DNA of 64,000 bases. Origin: Gammaproteobacteria bacterium. Its GTDB lineage: Bacteria > Pseudomonadota > Gammaproteobacteria > Steroidobacterales > Rariloculaceae. Shown one piece after another: positions 27,833-36,584 of this stretch. The notes beneath the pieces were generated by a model. It saw only the letters and a program-made list of their open reading frames with translations, was not told where the DNA came from and searched no databases. The number at the start of each line of letters is the position of its first letter. Positions within the stretch are counted from its first letter, which is position 1. The stretch covers positions 2,116 to 66,115 of the forward strand of contig PKRJ02000006.1 in assembly GCA_017577365.2 (NCBI GenBank), in the 5' to 3' direction. Both the position numbers and the translations under genes were made by a program.

Positions 27833-27859
27833 GCGAGACGGGCGGATCGCGTCGAGGTA

Positions 27860-28564
27860 TCAGCAGTCCGCGTCGCGCGAATCAGCGGCATCGCGTAGAT
27901 AAGCGAGGCCGCCGCGTTTGATATAAAGCGTGCAGCCCGTTTCCGTCGCAGGCGTATGCGCGCCGCCGCGCGGCAAACGGAGCCACGCGTGCATGCCGTG
28001 CCGACCGTGCTCGTCGGTGAACGCGCCTTCGAGCACGAAGATCTCCGCGCCTTCCGGATGAACCAGCGTGCCGAGCTCGGCGCCTGCAGCCCAACGCTCG
28101 AGCTGCACCGTGTCGCTGTAGTCTGCTTGCGCGTAGAGCGGTTTGATCTCGATGCCGGGCGCGGGGCCGGATTGCCAAGGCAGCGAGTCCGTGCGGATCG
28201 CGACGTGCATGCGATCGCGTCCCGGGAACTGTCTGAGCTTCACGAGCAGCGTGCAGCCCTCGCGCGAGAACGGCGCGTGGCGGAAGCCGTCGGGGTTCAG
28301 TAAGTATGTGCCGGCGGGCCAATCGCCGTGCTCGTCGGAAAACACGCCCTCGAGCACGAGGATCTCTTCGCCGTCCGGGTGACCGTGCGCGGGGAATGTC
28401 GCGCCGGGCTCGTAACGGACGACCGACGTCACCTGGCCCGATTCCGGCGGGCCGACCAGGTGCACGCGCTTTCTCCATACGGTCCGGCTCGGGCTCGGCG
28501 TCCATTCCATCGAGCGCGTGTCGGCGAGGGCTATCACGCTCAAGTCGCCGTTGATCGAAGTCAT
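27860..28564 (-). CDS. Bicupin protein (ChrR-like cupin domains)
   Basis: Two cupin repeats: 'VVRYEPGATFPAHGHPDGEEILVLEGVFSDEHGDWPAGTY' and 'LVHPEGAEIFVLEGAFTDEHGRH'. The internal ATG at 28564 is chosen as the start. Confidence 0.7.
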   Translation of the reverse strand: MTSINGDLSVIALADTRSMEWTPSPSRTVWRKRVHLVGPPESGQVTSVVRYEPGATFPAHGHPDGEEILVLEGVFSDEHGDWPAGTYLLNPDGFRHAPFSREGCTLLVKLRQFPGRDRMHVAIRTDSLPWQSGPAPGIEIKPLYAQADYSDTVQLERWAAGAELGTLVHPEGAEIFVLEGAFTDEHGRHGMHAWLRLPRGGAHTPATETGCTLYIKRGGLAYLRDAADSRDADC

Positions 28565-28677
28565 GGCACACCTCGGGCGATTCGTCGCTCGAGTGTAGCT
28601 CGTCCTTGCTCGAGGCGCGGCGATCCGACCGCGGGTCGAGATCGTGCTTCGCGGAACGCAAGCTGTGAAACCGATGA

Positions 28678-29688
28678 TTGCGTTCAGTTTCCGTCGACAG
28701 CAGGATACGGGCACCGCGTTCGCTCGGGATCGACTGCGCCTTGAGATTCGAATTCGGCCGTTTTCGGCCGCTCCGTGCGTCATCGCGACTTGCCGAGCCG
28801 CGCCGAGCGCTCCCGCGCATCGGCGCGTGCATCGTCGTGCTGCTGCTGGTCGGCGTGCTGCCGGCCGCCGCGGCCACGCTCGCGTCGTGGAATATCCGTC
28901 ACCTCGGGCATGGAGAGCTCAAGCAATACGAAGTGCTGGGCCGGATCGTCGAGCAGGCGGAGTTCGATTTTCTCGCCGTGCAAGAGGTGATGACCGAGGA
29001 AGGCGTCGAGCGGCTGCGGACCGCGATCGAGGCCGCAACGGGCGCCGCGTGGGACGCGCTCGCCTCGCACGGTGTCGGCCGCGGTGCTCACAAGGAGAGG
29101 TATGCCTTCCTGTGGAACCGCGACGTCATCGAGTACGTCGACGGCGCCGTGGTCTATCTGGACGTCACGGATCGCTTCGCACGCGAGCCGTTCTCCGCGC
29201 GCTTCCGTATACGGGACGGCGGCCTGACGTTCGTCGCGGCGACCGTGCATATCCTGTATGGGCGCGGCGTCGAGGACCGCGCTCCGGAGATCGAAGCGCT
29301 CGCGGCGTATTGGCGGTGGCTCGAGGAGACTTATCCCGATGACGCCGGGCGCGTGCTGCTCATGGGCGACTTCAATCTTTCGCCGCATCATTCGGCATGG
29401 GCGGTGCTGCGCGTTGCGGCCGCGCCTCTGATCGTGCACGGCGCGACGACGCTGTCGACGATCGACGGGCGATTCGCGAATCTCTACGACAACATTTGGG
29501 TATCTACCGCGCACGAGTTGCCGATCGCATCGAGCGGCACGCTCGCTTTTCCGAGCCTCCTCGGCGTGACGCACGAGCATGCTCGGCGGCATCTCTCCGA
29601 TCACGCTCCGGTGTTCGTGCGTTTGAGAACCGCCGCCGCCCGGGAGAGCGAGGCGATCGCTTCACCCGCCGTCGGAGCGATGCCCTGA
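28678..29688 (+). CDS. Endonuclease/exonuclease/phosphatase (EEP, DNase I-like) family protein, secreted
   Basis: Motifs 'LASWNIRHLG', 'DFLAVQEV', 'ERYAFLWN', 'GDFNLSP' and 'SDHAPVFVRL'. A hydrophobic N-terminal segment is present. Confidence 0.8.
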   Translation: MRSVSVDSRIRAPRSLGIDCALRFEFGRFRPLRASSRLAEPRRALPRIGACIVVLLLVGVLPAAAATLASWNIRHLGHGELKQYEVLGRIVEQAEFDFLAVQEVMTEEGVERLRTAIEAATGAAWDALASHGVGRGAHKERYAFLWNRDVIEYVDGAVVYLDVTDRFAREPFSARFRIRDGGLTFVAATVHILYGRGVEDRAPEIEALAAYWRWLEETYPDDAGRVLLMGDFNLSPHHSAWAVLRVAAAPLIVHGATTLSTIDGRFANLYDNIWVSTAHELPIASSGTLAFPSLLGVTHEHARRHLSDHAPVFVRLRTAAARESEAIASPAVGAMP

Positions 29689-30819
29689 CCGTAGGTCCTC
29701 GGTTAGCGCGTCGATCAGCTTCCCGTCGATACCCCAGTCGCGCAGCGCTTCGACGCCGCCCGTGCCCGCCGGCTTCGGGCCGTGCCGTATCCGCGCCGGC
29801 GTGCGCGAGAAGCGCGGCAGCGGCGCCGGCTGCGGGACGCCGTCGATCGTCACGAATGCGTCGCGCGCGACGTTGTGCGGATGATGCGGCGCCTCTGCGA
29901 GGCTCAGCACGGGCGCGAAGCAGACCTCGGAGCCCTCGAAGAGCGCGCACCATTCGTCTCTCGTGCGTGTCTTGAAGATCGCCTCGAGGCGGCGCTTCAG
30001 CGTCGGCCAATTCGCCCGGTTCATCTGATCGGCGAAGTCCGCGTCGTCGGCGAGCCCGAGTTTCTCGAGCAGCGCGCGGTAGAACGGCGGCTCGATCGAG
30101 CCGATCGAAATCCACTTGCCGTCCGCGCATTCGTAGTTGTTGTAGAAGTGCGCGCCGCCGTCGATGATGTTGCTCTCGCGCGCATCTTTCCAGCGGCCGG
30201 CCGCGTGCTCGCCGTAGATCATCCCCATCGTGGAGATCACGCCGTCGGTCATCGCACAGTCGATGACCTGACCCTCGCCGCCGTTCGCGACGTGTCTGAG
30301 CGCCGCGAGCACGCCGAACGCGAGATAGAGCGCACCGCCGCCGAAATCGGCGATGAGATTCAGCGGCACCGCGGGCTTCTCTTTCGAGCCCAGCGCGTGC
30401 AACGCGCCGGAGAGGGCGACGTAGTTGATGTCGTGGCCCGGCTGCCGTGCATAGGGGCCCGTCTGACCGAAGCCGGTCATGCGGCCGTAGACGAGCTTCG
30501 GATTGCGCACGAAAGCATCACGAGGCCCGAGGCCGAGCCGCTCCATCACGCCCGGCCGGAAGCCCTCGATCAGCGCGTCGGCCTTCTCGATCAACGCGAG
30601 CGCGATCTCCCGGCCGCGCGGTTCCTTGAGATTCAGGATCAGCGAGCGGCGTCCGCGCGTCTCGACGGAGTGCCGGTCGTAGCGACGGCCGTTCTCGCGA
30701 TCGATGCGCAGCACGTCGGCGCCGAGATCGGAGAACAGCATGCCGCAGAACGGCACCGGCCCGAGCGCGCCGAACTCGAGAATCCTGAGCCCTCTTAGCG
30801 GTCCGGGATGAGCGTCCAT
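29662..30819 (-). CDS. Family III CoA-transferase (CaiB/BaiF; alpha-methylacyl-CoA racemase-like)
   Basis: 'PLRGLRILEFGALGPVPFCGMLFSDLGADVLRIDR', 'ALIEGFRPGVMERLGLGP', 'GRMTGFGQTGPYA..PGHDINY'. ATG 30819 is the start; the longer ORF to 31443 overlaps the ligase gene. Confidence 0.9.
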   Translation of the reverse strand: MDAHPGPLRGLRILEFGALGPVPFCGMLFSDLGADVLRIDRENGRRYDRHSVETRGRRSLILNLKEPRGREIALALIEKADALIEGFRPGVMERLGLGPRDAFVRNPKLVYGRMTGFGQTGPYARQPGHDINYVALSGALHALGSKEKPAVPLNLIADFGGGALYLAFGVLAALRHVANGGEGQVIDCAMTDGVISTMGMIYGEHAAGRWKDARESNIIDGGAHFYNNYECADGKWISIGSIEPPFYRALLEKLGLADDADFADQMNRANWPTLKRRLEAIFKTRTRDEWCALFEGSEVCFAPVLSLAEAPHHPHNVARDAFVTIDGVPQPAPLPRFSRTPARIRHGPKPAGTGGVEALRDWGIDGKLIDALTEDLRSGHRSDGG

Positions 30820-30836
30820 GAGTGCACCGAAAGCCG

Positions 30837-32438
30837 CTAGCGCGCCGACAGCCGGTCGCGCTCGACACGAACGCCGGCCGCGACGCGATCCCACGTATCC
30901 GCGGTGATGCCGGCCGAGCGCAGCACATGCTTCTCGACCTTCTGCGTCGGCGTCTTCGGCAACTCGTCGAGCCGCCGCACGTAGCGCGGGATCATGAAGT
31001 ACGGGAGCTTGTCGCGCAGGAAACCGACGAGCTCCGCGGGCTCGAGTGACGCGCCGGGAACGAGCGCGACGACCGCGAGCACCTCGTCTTCCGAGCCGTC
31101 GCCCGGCACCGGCACGACGGCCGCCTCGCGCACCGCGGGATGCGCGAGGATGGCGGTCTCGACCTCGAACGACGAGATGTTCTCGCCGCGGCGCCGGATC
31201 GCGTCCTTCAGCCGATCGACGAAGAAATAGTTGCCGTCGGTGTCGCGGCGCAGCAGGTCGCCGGTATGGAACCAGCCGTTCCGCCACGCCTTCGCCGTCG
31301 CTTCCGGGTCGTTCAAGTAGCCATGGCTCAGCATCCAGGGCCGCGCCGTGCGCACGACGAGCTCGCCCGCGGCGCCCGGCGGCACCTCGATATCGTGCTC
31401 GTCGACGAGCTTGAGCTCGACGTCCGGCCGCGGCCGGCCGCACGTGCCGGGCACGGTCGGATTCGGTCCGGCCCAGAGCGGCACGCAGAGCTCGGTCATG
31501 TTGTATTCGGTGTAGACCGGCACGCCGAAGCGCTTACCGAACGCGATCGCGTTCTCGTCGAACGGCGCGATGATCACGGAGCGCAAGGTGTGCCGCCTGT
31601 CGTCCGGCGATTCGGGCTGCTTCAGCAGGAACTGCGCCATCGCGCCGAGCAGCCCGACCGTCGTGATCTCGTAGCGGCGGACGAGATCCCAGAACCGCGA
31701 GACGCTGAACGCGTCGACGACGACGGTCGAGCCCGCGTGGATCAGCGCCCAGAGCAGCGCATATGGGCCGCCGACGTGGTACATCGGCAGCTGCATCAGC
31801 GTGCGGTCGCCCGCACCGATGTTCCGAAAACCGGTCGCCGCCGTGTAGCTGTGGATGTACGACGACAGCACGCCCTTGGACGGTCCGGTCGTGCCGGACG
31901 TGAAGATGACCATGTGGGTGTCCCACGGCGCGATGTCGTGAAGCGGCGGGGTATCGCCCGCCCCGTCGAGCGCGCTTTGCGGGATCATGCGGAGACCCGG
32001 CACATCGGCGCGCTCATCGCCGATCACGATGACGGTCTCGAGCGCGCCGCGGTCGACCGACGCGAGCCGGTCGAGCAGCCGGCCGTCGGCGATCAAGACG
32101 CGCGCGCCCGCCTTGCGCACGACGTGCTCGAGCAGCGCGCCGCGATAGCTCGTGTTGATCGGAACGTAGACGGCACCGAGATAGTTCAACGCCAGGAACG
32201 TCGCGACGGCCGACGGTCCGTTCGCCTGCCACGAGAGCACGAGCTCGCCGGCACGGACGCCGAGCGCATCGAGCCCGGCGGCCATGCGGCGAACGCGGCG
32301 GAGCGTATCCGCATATGTCCAGCGCTCGCCGCCGTCGAACAGCACGAAATCCTGCTCCGCGCATTCGGCCGCACGGTGATGCAGCAGCTCGCGGACGATG
32401 CATTCGTCGCGGGCAGGCGGACGAGTCGGCTTCGGCAT
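30837..32438 (-). CDS. AMP-dependent acyl-CoA synthetase/ligase (CaiC-like)
   Basis: AMP-binding motif 'VIFTSGTTGPSKGV', then 'YTEYNMTE', 'GWFHTGDL...DGNYFFVDRLKD' and 'PKTPTQKVEK'. Confidence 0.9.
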   Translation of the reverse strand: MPKPTRPPARDECIVRELLHHRAAECAEQDFVLFDGGERWTYADTLRRVRRMAAGLDALGVRAGELVLSWQANGPSAVATFLALNYLGAVYVPINTSYRGALLEHVVRKAGARVLIADGRLLDRLASVDRGALETVIVIGDERADVPGLRMIPQSALDGAGDTPPLHDIAPWDTHMVIFTSGTTGPSKGVLSSYIHSYTAATGFRNIGAGDRTLMQLPMYHVGGPYALLWALIHAGSTVVVDAFSVSRFWDLVRRYEITTVGLLGAMAQFLLKQPESPDDRRHTLRSVIIAPFDENAIAFGKRFGVPVYTEYNMTELCVPLWAGPNPTVPGTCGRPRPDVELKLVDEHDIEVPPGAAGELVVRTARPWMLSHGYLNDPEATAKAWRNGWFHTGDLLRRDTDGNYFFVDRLKDAIRRRGENISSFEVETAILAHPAVREAAVVPVPGDGSEDEVLAVVALVPGASLEPAELVGFLRDKLPYFMIPRYVRRLDELPKTPTQKVEKHVLRSAGITADTWDRVAAGVRVERDRLSAR

Positions 32439-32460
32439 TGCGGCATGATAGCCACGAACA

Positions 32461-32745
32461 GTGCGGATCGCACCGCGCTCGAGCGTGGTAACAGGTTGGG
32501 CGACGATCGAGGTGCGCGTGCTTTCTTCTCGGGATGCCGCCGAGTTCCAGCGTCTGCGTCTCGAGGGTCTACGCCCTCGGGGCGAGCGCTTCGAATCAGC
32601 AGCGATCGGGCTTTACGAGGCGGCGGGCTTCGAGTCCCGCGGCATCGACGAAACCTTCATGGTCGTCGATGGAATCGATCAGGACGAGGTTCGGATGGTT
32701 TATGTCGTCGACCGGGAGCGAGGGAGCGGTTCGCGCGGACCGTGA
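32461..32745 (+). pseudogene. GNAT acetyltransferase remnant with the catalytic core apparently deleted
   Basis: This 94-aa ORF joins a GNAT-like N-terminus ('IEVRVLSSRDAAEFQRLRLEGL') directly to a GNAT-like C-terminus ('AIGLYEAAGFESRG...DEVRMVY'). No acetyl-CoA-binding R/QxxGxG/A segment lies between them. Confidence 0.35.
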
Positions 32746-32811
32746 CACGACGGTCGTTCGGCGATCCGGCTCCGACGCTCGATGCGAGCGAGCTCGCGAC
32801 TCTCTCGCGCG

Positions 32812-33189
32812 TCATCGAGACCCCGCCGACGTGCGCGCGAAATAGGCCGCAATCGCCGCGATATCCTCGTCGCTCAGCTCCGTCTTGCGGAACGGCGGCA
32901 TCGAGCCGGTGCCTTTGCGCAAGAACATGCTGAGCACCTCGTAGCTCGCGAGATCGGGCCGCTCCGTGATGTACGGCGACAGCGCGCCGCGGTACTTCAA
33001 CGTCAGCGATTCCGGCCCCGCCAGCATCTCGATCGCTGCGCCCTCGGGCAAGCGATCGTGACAAGGCGCGCAAACGTTACGGTAGACCTCGGCGCCGCGC
33101 TCGGCAGCCGCGTCGTTCGCGGATTGCGCGCCCGCCGCCGCCGGAACGAGCGCCGCGAGCGCGGCCGCGAGTGAATACGTCGCTCTCAT
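32812..33189 (-). CDS. c-type cytochrome (mono-haem), Sec signal; cytochrome subunit of the adjacent flavoprotein
   Basis: Signal peptide 'MRATYSLAAALAALVPAAAGA'. Haem motif 'CAPCH' and distal 'GSMPPF'. The ATG overlaps the upstream stop codon (ATGA at 33186-33189). Confidence 0.8.
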   Translation of the reverse strand: MRATYSLAAALAALVPAAAGAQSANDAAAERGAEVYRNVCAPCHDRLPEGAAIEMLAGPESLTLKYRGALSPYITERPDLASYEVLSMFLRKGTGSMPPFRKTELSDEDIAAIAAYFARTSAGSR

Positions 33190-34841
33190 GCTTCGCGATC
33201 CCAGTCGAGACGATATTGGCTGTACGCGCTCGGCCACACGCCGCCGCGTCCGGGCGCGAGGATGCCGTTCGGATCGATCGCGTCCTTGAGCGTCTCATGG
33301 AAGCGCCGCAGCGCGTTGCCGCCGAACGAGTACGTCGAGCTCACGAGATCCTGATACATCGGCGGCGCACGATAGTCTCCGAAGCCGTTCTCGGCGCCGA
33401 CGCGGATCAGATGGAGTAACACGCGATGCGCGCGCTCGAGGTCGCCGTCCGGGACCGGAAACACCATCTGATACGCGAACATCGCCCACACGAGCGGCGT
33501 CGACAGCGCGGCGTTGAACGGCGGCAGGCCGAGGTCGTGGAACGCGTCGCCGAAGACGCGCTGCGCTTTGAACACCGCTTCGCCGCTGCGCGGGATGATC
33601 GGGAAGAAGCCCGCGTGCGCGACGACCTCGCCGTCGGGGTTCGCAGGCGAGCGGCTGTTGACGAGCGACCACGCGTCCATCGACGGGATGCCCTGGCTCG
33701 CGAGCCGGTGCCACAGGCCGTTGCGGAACCACGGCTTCGGGTTATAGAGCTGCTCCTCGGTCAACGGCACGTCGAGGCTTTCGCCGTCGACGAAGGTCGC
33801 GCCGGGAATCTCGCGCTCGAAGCGTTCCTTCGCGTATTCCCAGTTCGCGAGGCACGTCTTCTCGGGACCGTAGAATTGAAGCTCGATTTGCCACGCCGGG
33901 AGCTTCGCTTCGGCCGCGTAACGGTCGAGCTCGGCGTCGTCTGCGCCGCCGCGCCGGTTCGCGGCATCTCTGAAGCCCGCATCGCCGAGCAATGCGCGCA
34001 GCGGGCTTTCGTAGAAGACCTCGCCGATCATGTGCGAGTCGGAGAGGTAGTTGACGATCTTGATCGCCGGAATCAGGTCGCGGCGTTTCGGGATCCGGAT
34101 CAGACCCGTGCGGTAATGCTCGGGCTGCGGCATCAGTCGAAATCCCATCTTCGTGACGATGCCGAAATTGCCTTGCGGAAACAGTCCCGCCGGATCCGGC
34201 CCGTAGCCGTGCCGGTACTCCTGCCACGTGTCGGCGCCCGGCAGCGCGCCCATGCCCGTGCGCATGATCTCGCCGTTCGGCAGCACGACCTCGAGGCCGC
34301 AGATCGCGTTCGCGTGCTCGCGGAAGAACGGCATCGTGTAGCCCATGCCGCGGTCGAGCGCGTTGCCGACGAGGCCGCCCCAGCCGACGTCGGCGCAATC
34401 GATCCAGACCTTGAGCCCGCGCTCCTGGATGTAGCGATACAGATCGAAGTACGTGACGCCCGGCTCGACGAGCGCGAAGTTGCGCTCGTCGTCGACGCGC
34501 AGGATACGGTTCATGCGCTTGAGATCGACGATGATGCTGCCGCTCAAGTTCGGCGACGCGCCGCCGTAGCCGTAATTCTTGCCGGTCGAGATCGGGTAGA
34601 GCGGCGTCTTGTATTTGTTCGCGATCCGCACGATCTGCTGCACCTGCTCGACCGATGCGGGTGCGACGGCCGCGGAGGCGAGCAGCTCTCTCGGGGTATC
34701 GCGCATCGGCGAATACGGATCGCGATAGGGCTCGAGGTCTTCGTCCGACGTGAAGACCCATTCGGGGCCGACGGCGTCGGCGAGCTCGCGGATCGCGCTT
34801 TGAAACGCTTCGGCGCTGACGTTCGGCGGTAAGACGGCCAT
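33186..34841 (-). CDS. VAO/PCMH-family FAD-binding oxidoreductase (p-cresol methylhydroxylase / eugenol hydroxylase flavoprotein-like)
   Basis: 'VQQIVRIANKYKTPLYPISTGKNYGYGG', 'IIVDLKRMNRIL.VDDERNFALVEPGVTY', 'VGWGGLVGNALDRGMGYT'. An AAGGAG Shine-Dalgarno precedes the ATG at 34841. No signal peptide is present. Confidence 0.85.
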   Translation of the reverse strand: MAVLPPNVSAEAFQSAIRELADAVGPEWVFTSDEDLEPYRDPYSPMRDTPRELLASAAVAPASVEQVQQIVRIANKYKTPLYPISTGKNYGYGGASPNLSGSIIVDLKRMNRILRVDDERNFALVEPGVTYFDLYRYIQERGLKVWIDCADVGWGGLVGNALDRGMGYTMPFFREHANAICGLEVVLPNGEIMRTGMGALPGADTWQEYRHGYGPDPAGLFPQGNFGIVTKMGFRLMPQPEHYRTGLIRIPKRRDLIPAIKIVNYLSDSHMIGEVFYESPLRALLGDAGFRDAANRRGGADDAELDRYAAEAKLPAWQIELQFYGPEKTCLANWEYAKERFEREIPGATFVDGESLDVPLTEEQLYNPKPWFRNGLWHRLASQGIPSMDAWSLVNSRSPANPDGEVVAHAGFFPIIPRSGEAVFKAQRVFGDAFHDLGLPPFNAALSTPLVWAMFAYQMVFPVPDGDLERAHRVLLHLIRVGAENGFGDYRAPPMYQDLVSSTYSFGGNALRRFHETLKDAIDPNGILAPGRGGVWPSAYSQYRLDWDREA

Positions 34842-34869
34842 TCGAGATGCTCCTTGGAGGTCTTCCGCT

Positions 34870-35439
34870 TCAGAAGGCGGTGCCGCCGCGGCGCGGCGCG
34901 AGCAGCCATGAGACGAGCACGGATCCGTCCGGGCCGGGCGGTGCGAGCATCGGAAGCGGCTCGAGACTCGTCGCCGCAAGCGGGAAGTCGACGAGCGACA
35001 TGCCGAGCGCCTCGGTCCAGCCGGCCGTCGCGAGAACTTCGGCAGGCACGGTCGGCGCGCCCGACGCTTCGTGCACGAGACGGCCGTCCGCGCCGCGTCG
35101 ATGAATGCCGCGATAGACGGTCCTCGAGCCTCGATCGGCCGCGAGCCGCTCGATGACGAAGAGTGCGCTCGACGTCGTCAATCCCGCCACGGGGAACGGA
35201 TGCTCCCTCCACGCGCGATCGAGCCGATCGTAAAGGGCCGTGAGATCATCCGAGATCGCGTGGACCGCGGCGCCCTTTCTCGCCGCCGCGCTCGCCGCCG
35301 CGCGTGCTTCGGCGAATCGCTCGTCGGCGACGAAAAGCGGCGTGGGCCGAGGCGCGGCGCCTGCCGCTCCGACCGCCTTCGTGCAGGTGAGCAGCGAGAC
35401 GGTCAATCCCGCTGCCAAGACTTCGCGTCTGTCGATCAC
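34870..35439 (-). CDS. Hypothetical protein with Tat-like leader, first gene of the flavocytochrome operon
   Basis: 'MIDRREVLAAGLTVSLLTCTKAVGAAGA' resembles a Tat leader. Codon bias is good. The gene lies 28 nt upstream of the flavoprotein gene. I recognise no domain. Confidence 0.55.
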   Translation of the reverse strand: MIDRREVLAAGLTVSLLTCTKAVGAAGAAPRPTPLFVADERFAEARAAASAAARKGAAVHAISDDLTALYDRLDRAWREHPFPVAGLTTSSALFVIERLAADRGSRTVYRGIHRRGADGRLVHEASGAPTVPAEVLATAGWTEALGMSLVDFPLAATSLEPLPMLAPPGPDGSVLVSWLLAPRRGGTAF

Positions 35440-35626
35440 CGCTCCCCTCTGCGGCGACAGCGACTCGGCGAATGCGCCGAGTTCCCCCCCGCGCCGATGC
35501 GGATCATGTTAACCCAGCCTCGAGCGCTCGCCACGGGCGGCGCCGGGCGCGGCCCGCTCGTGAATTCCATGACGTTCGCCCGCTTTCGTCCAGTCTCGCC
35601 CGCCGGAGAATTGCCGCGCGGAGAAG

Positions 35627-36391
35627 TCAGCGCAGCCTGAAGTCGCCGAGCAGCGCCGCCGCGGAGAGGATCAGGATCGCGATCAGCACGGCGCGCACGA
35701 ACGGCGCGCCGCGCACGACGGCGAGATGCGCCGCGGCCCATGCGCCTGCAGCGCTGCCGGCCGCGAGCAGCGCGCCGAGGCCCCAGCGCACTTGATCGTT
35801 CACGACGAAGACCGCGAGCGCGGCGACCGTGAAGACCAGCACGATGAGGTTCTTCACGGCGTTGCCGCCGACGAGCTCGAAGCCCGCGCCGAGCACGAGA
35901 CCCGCGAGCAGGAAGATGCCGACGCCGGCCTGAATGAATCCGCCGTAGACGCCGATCGCGAAAAACAGAACGGCTTGGAGCCACGCACGGAGCGGCGGCC
36001 GGCCGACGTGGCTCTCGAGGAAGCGCCGGGGCCTCAGCAGCACGACCGCGAGCATCACGAGCATCAGCACGCCGATCGTGCGGCGCAGCAGCGCCTCGTC
36101 GAGATCCGCGGCGAGCTCGGCGCCGACCGCTGCACCGAGCACGGACGGCGCGAGGATCGTGAGCACGTCCGCGCGCGGTAACGCATCGCGGCGCCTGAAC
36201 GTCGCGACCGACACGATGCACTGCACGAGGATGCCGACCCGATTCGTGCCGTTCGCGACATTCGCGGGCAGCCCGAGCACGATCAGGAGCGGCAGCGTGA
36301 TCAGCGAGCCGCTGCCGGCAAGCGTGTTGACGAAGCCCGAGACGAAGCCGACGAGCGGCACCGCCGCGAGCAGCCACCAATCGTGAGTCAT
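35627..36391 (-). CDS. TauE/SafE family sulfite/anion exporter
   Basis: 'LVGFVSGFVNTLAGSGSLITLPLLIVLGLP...ANGTNRVG' and a repeated 4-TM architecture. Confidence 0.85.
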   Translation of the reverse strand: MTHDWWLLAAVPLVGFVSGFVNTLAGSGSLITLPLLIVLGLPANVANGTNRVGILVQCIVSVATFRRRDALPRADVLTILAPSVLGAAVGAELAADLDEALLRRTIGVLMLVMLAVVLLRPRRFLESHVGRPPLRAWLQAVLFFAIGVYGGFIQAGVGIFLLAGLVLGAGFELVGGNAVKNLIVLVFTVAALAVFVVNDQVRWGLGALLAAGSAAGAWAAAHLAVVRGAPFVRAVLIAILILSAAALLGDFRLR

Positions 36392-36584
36392 CGCACCGGG
36401 GATCTTACACGCACCAATCGAGAGCAGTCCGTTTCAACGTGCACCACGAAAGCGCACGGCCCTGCGCGTCGGGTCACGTAACTCGATGAGTGTGCAGGAG
36501 TTTTTGTGGTGGCACGCTTCCTGCTAACCCTGCCCGCAGCGTGCTCTCACGCCATCCAATTTTCACGAAGAGGAAGGAACCAAG

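Noticed and set aside
29662-29688. 27-nt convergent overlap of the EEP gene and the CoA-transferase gene
   Set aside because: The overlap falls in the non-conserved C-terminal tails of both proteins. It is probably trivial in a compact GC-rich genome and is not evidence of regulation.
30820-31443. 208-codon N-terminal extension of the CoA-transferase ORF
   Set aside because: The extension overlaps the 3' part of the ligase gene in another frame and is Arg-rich. The conserved CoA-transferase N-terminus ('LRGLRILEFG') begins right after ATG 30819.
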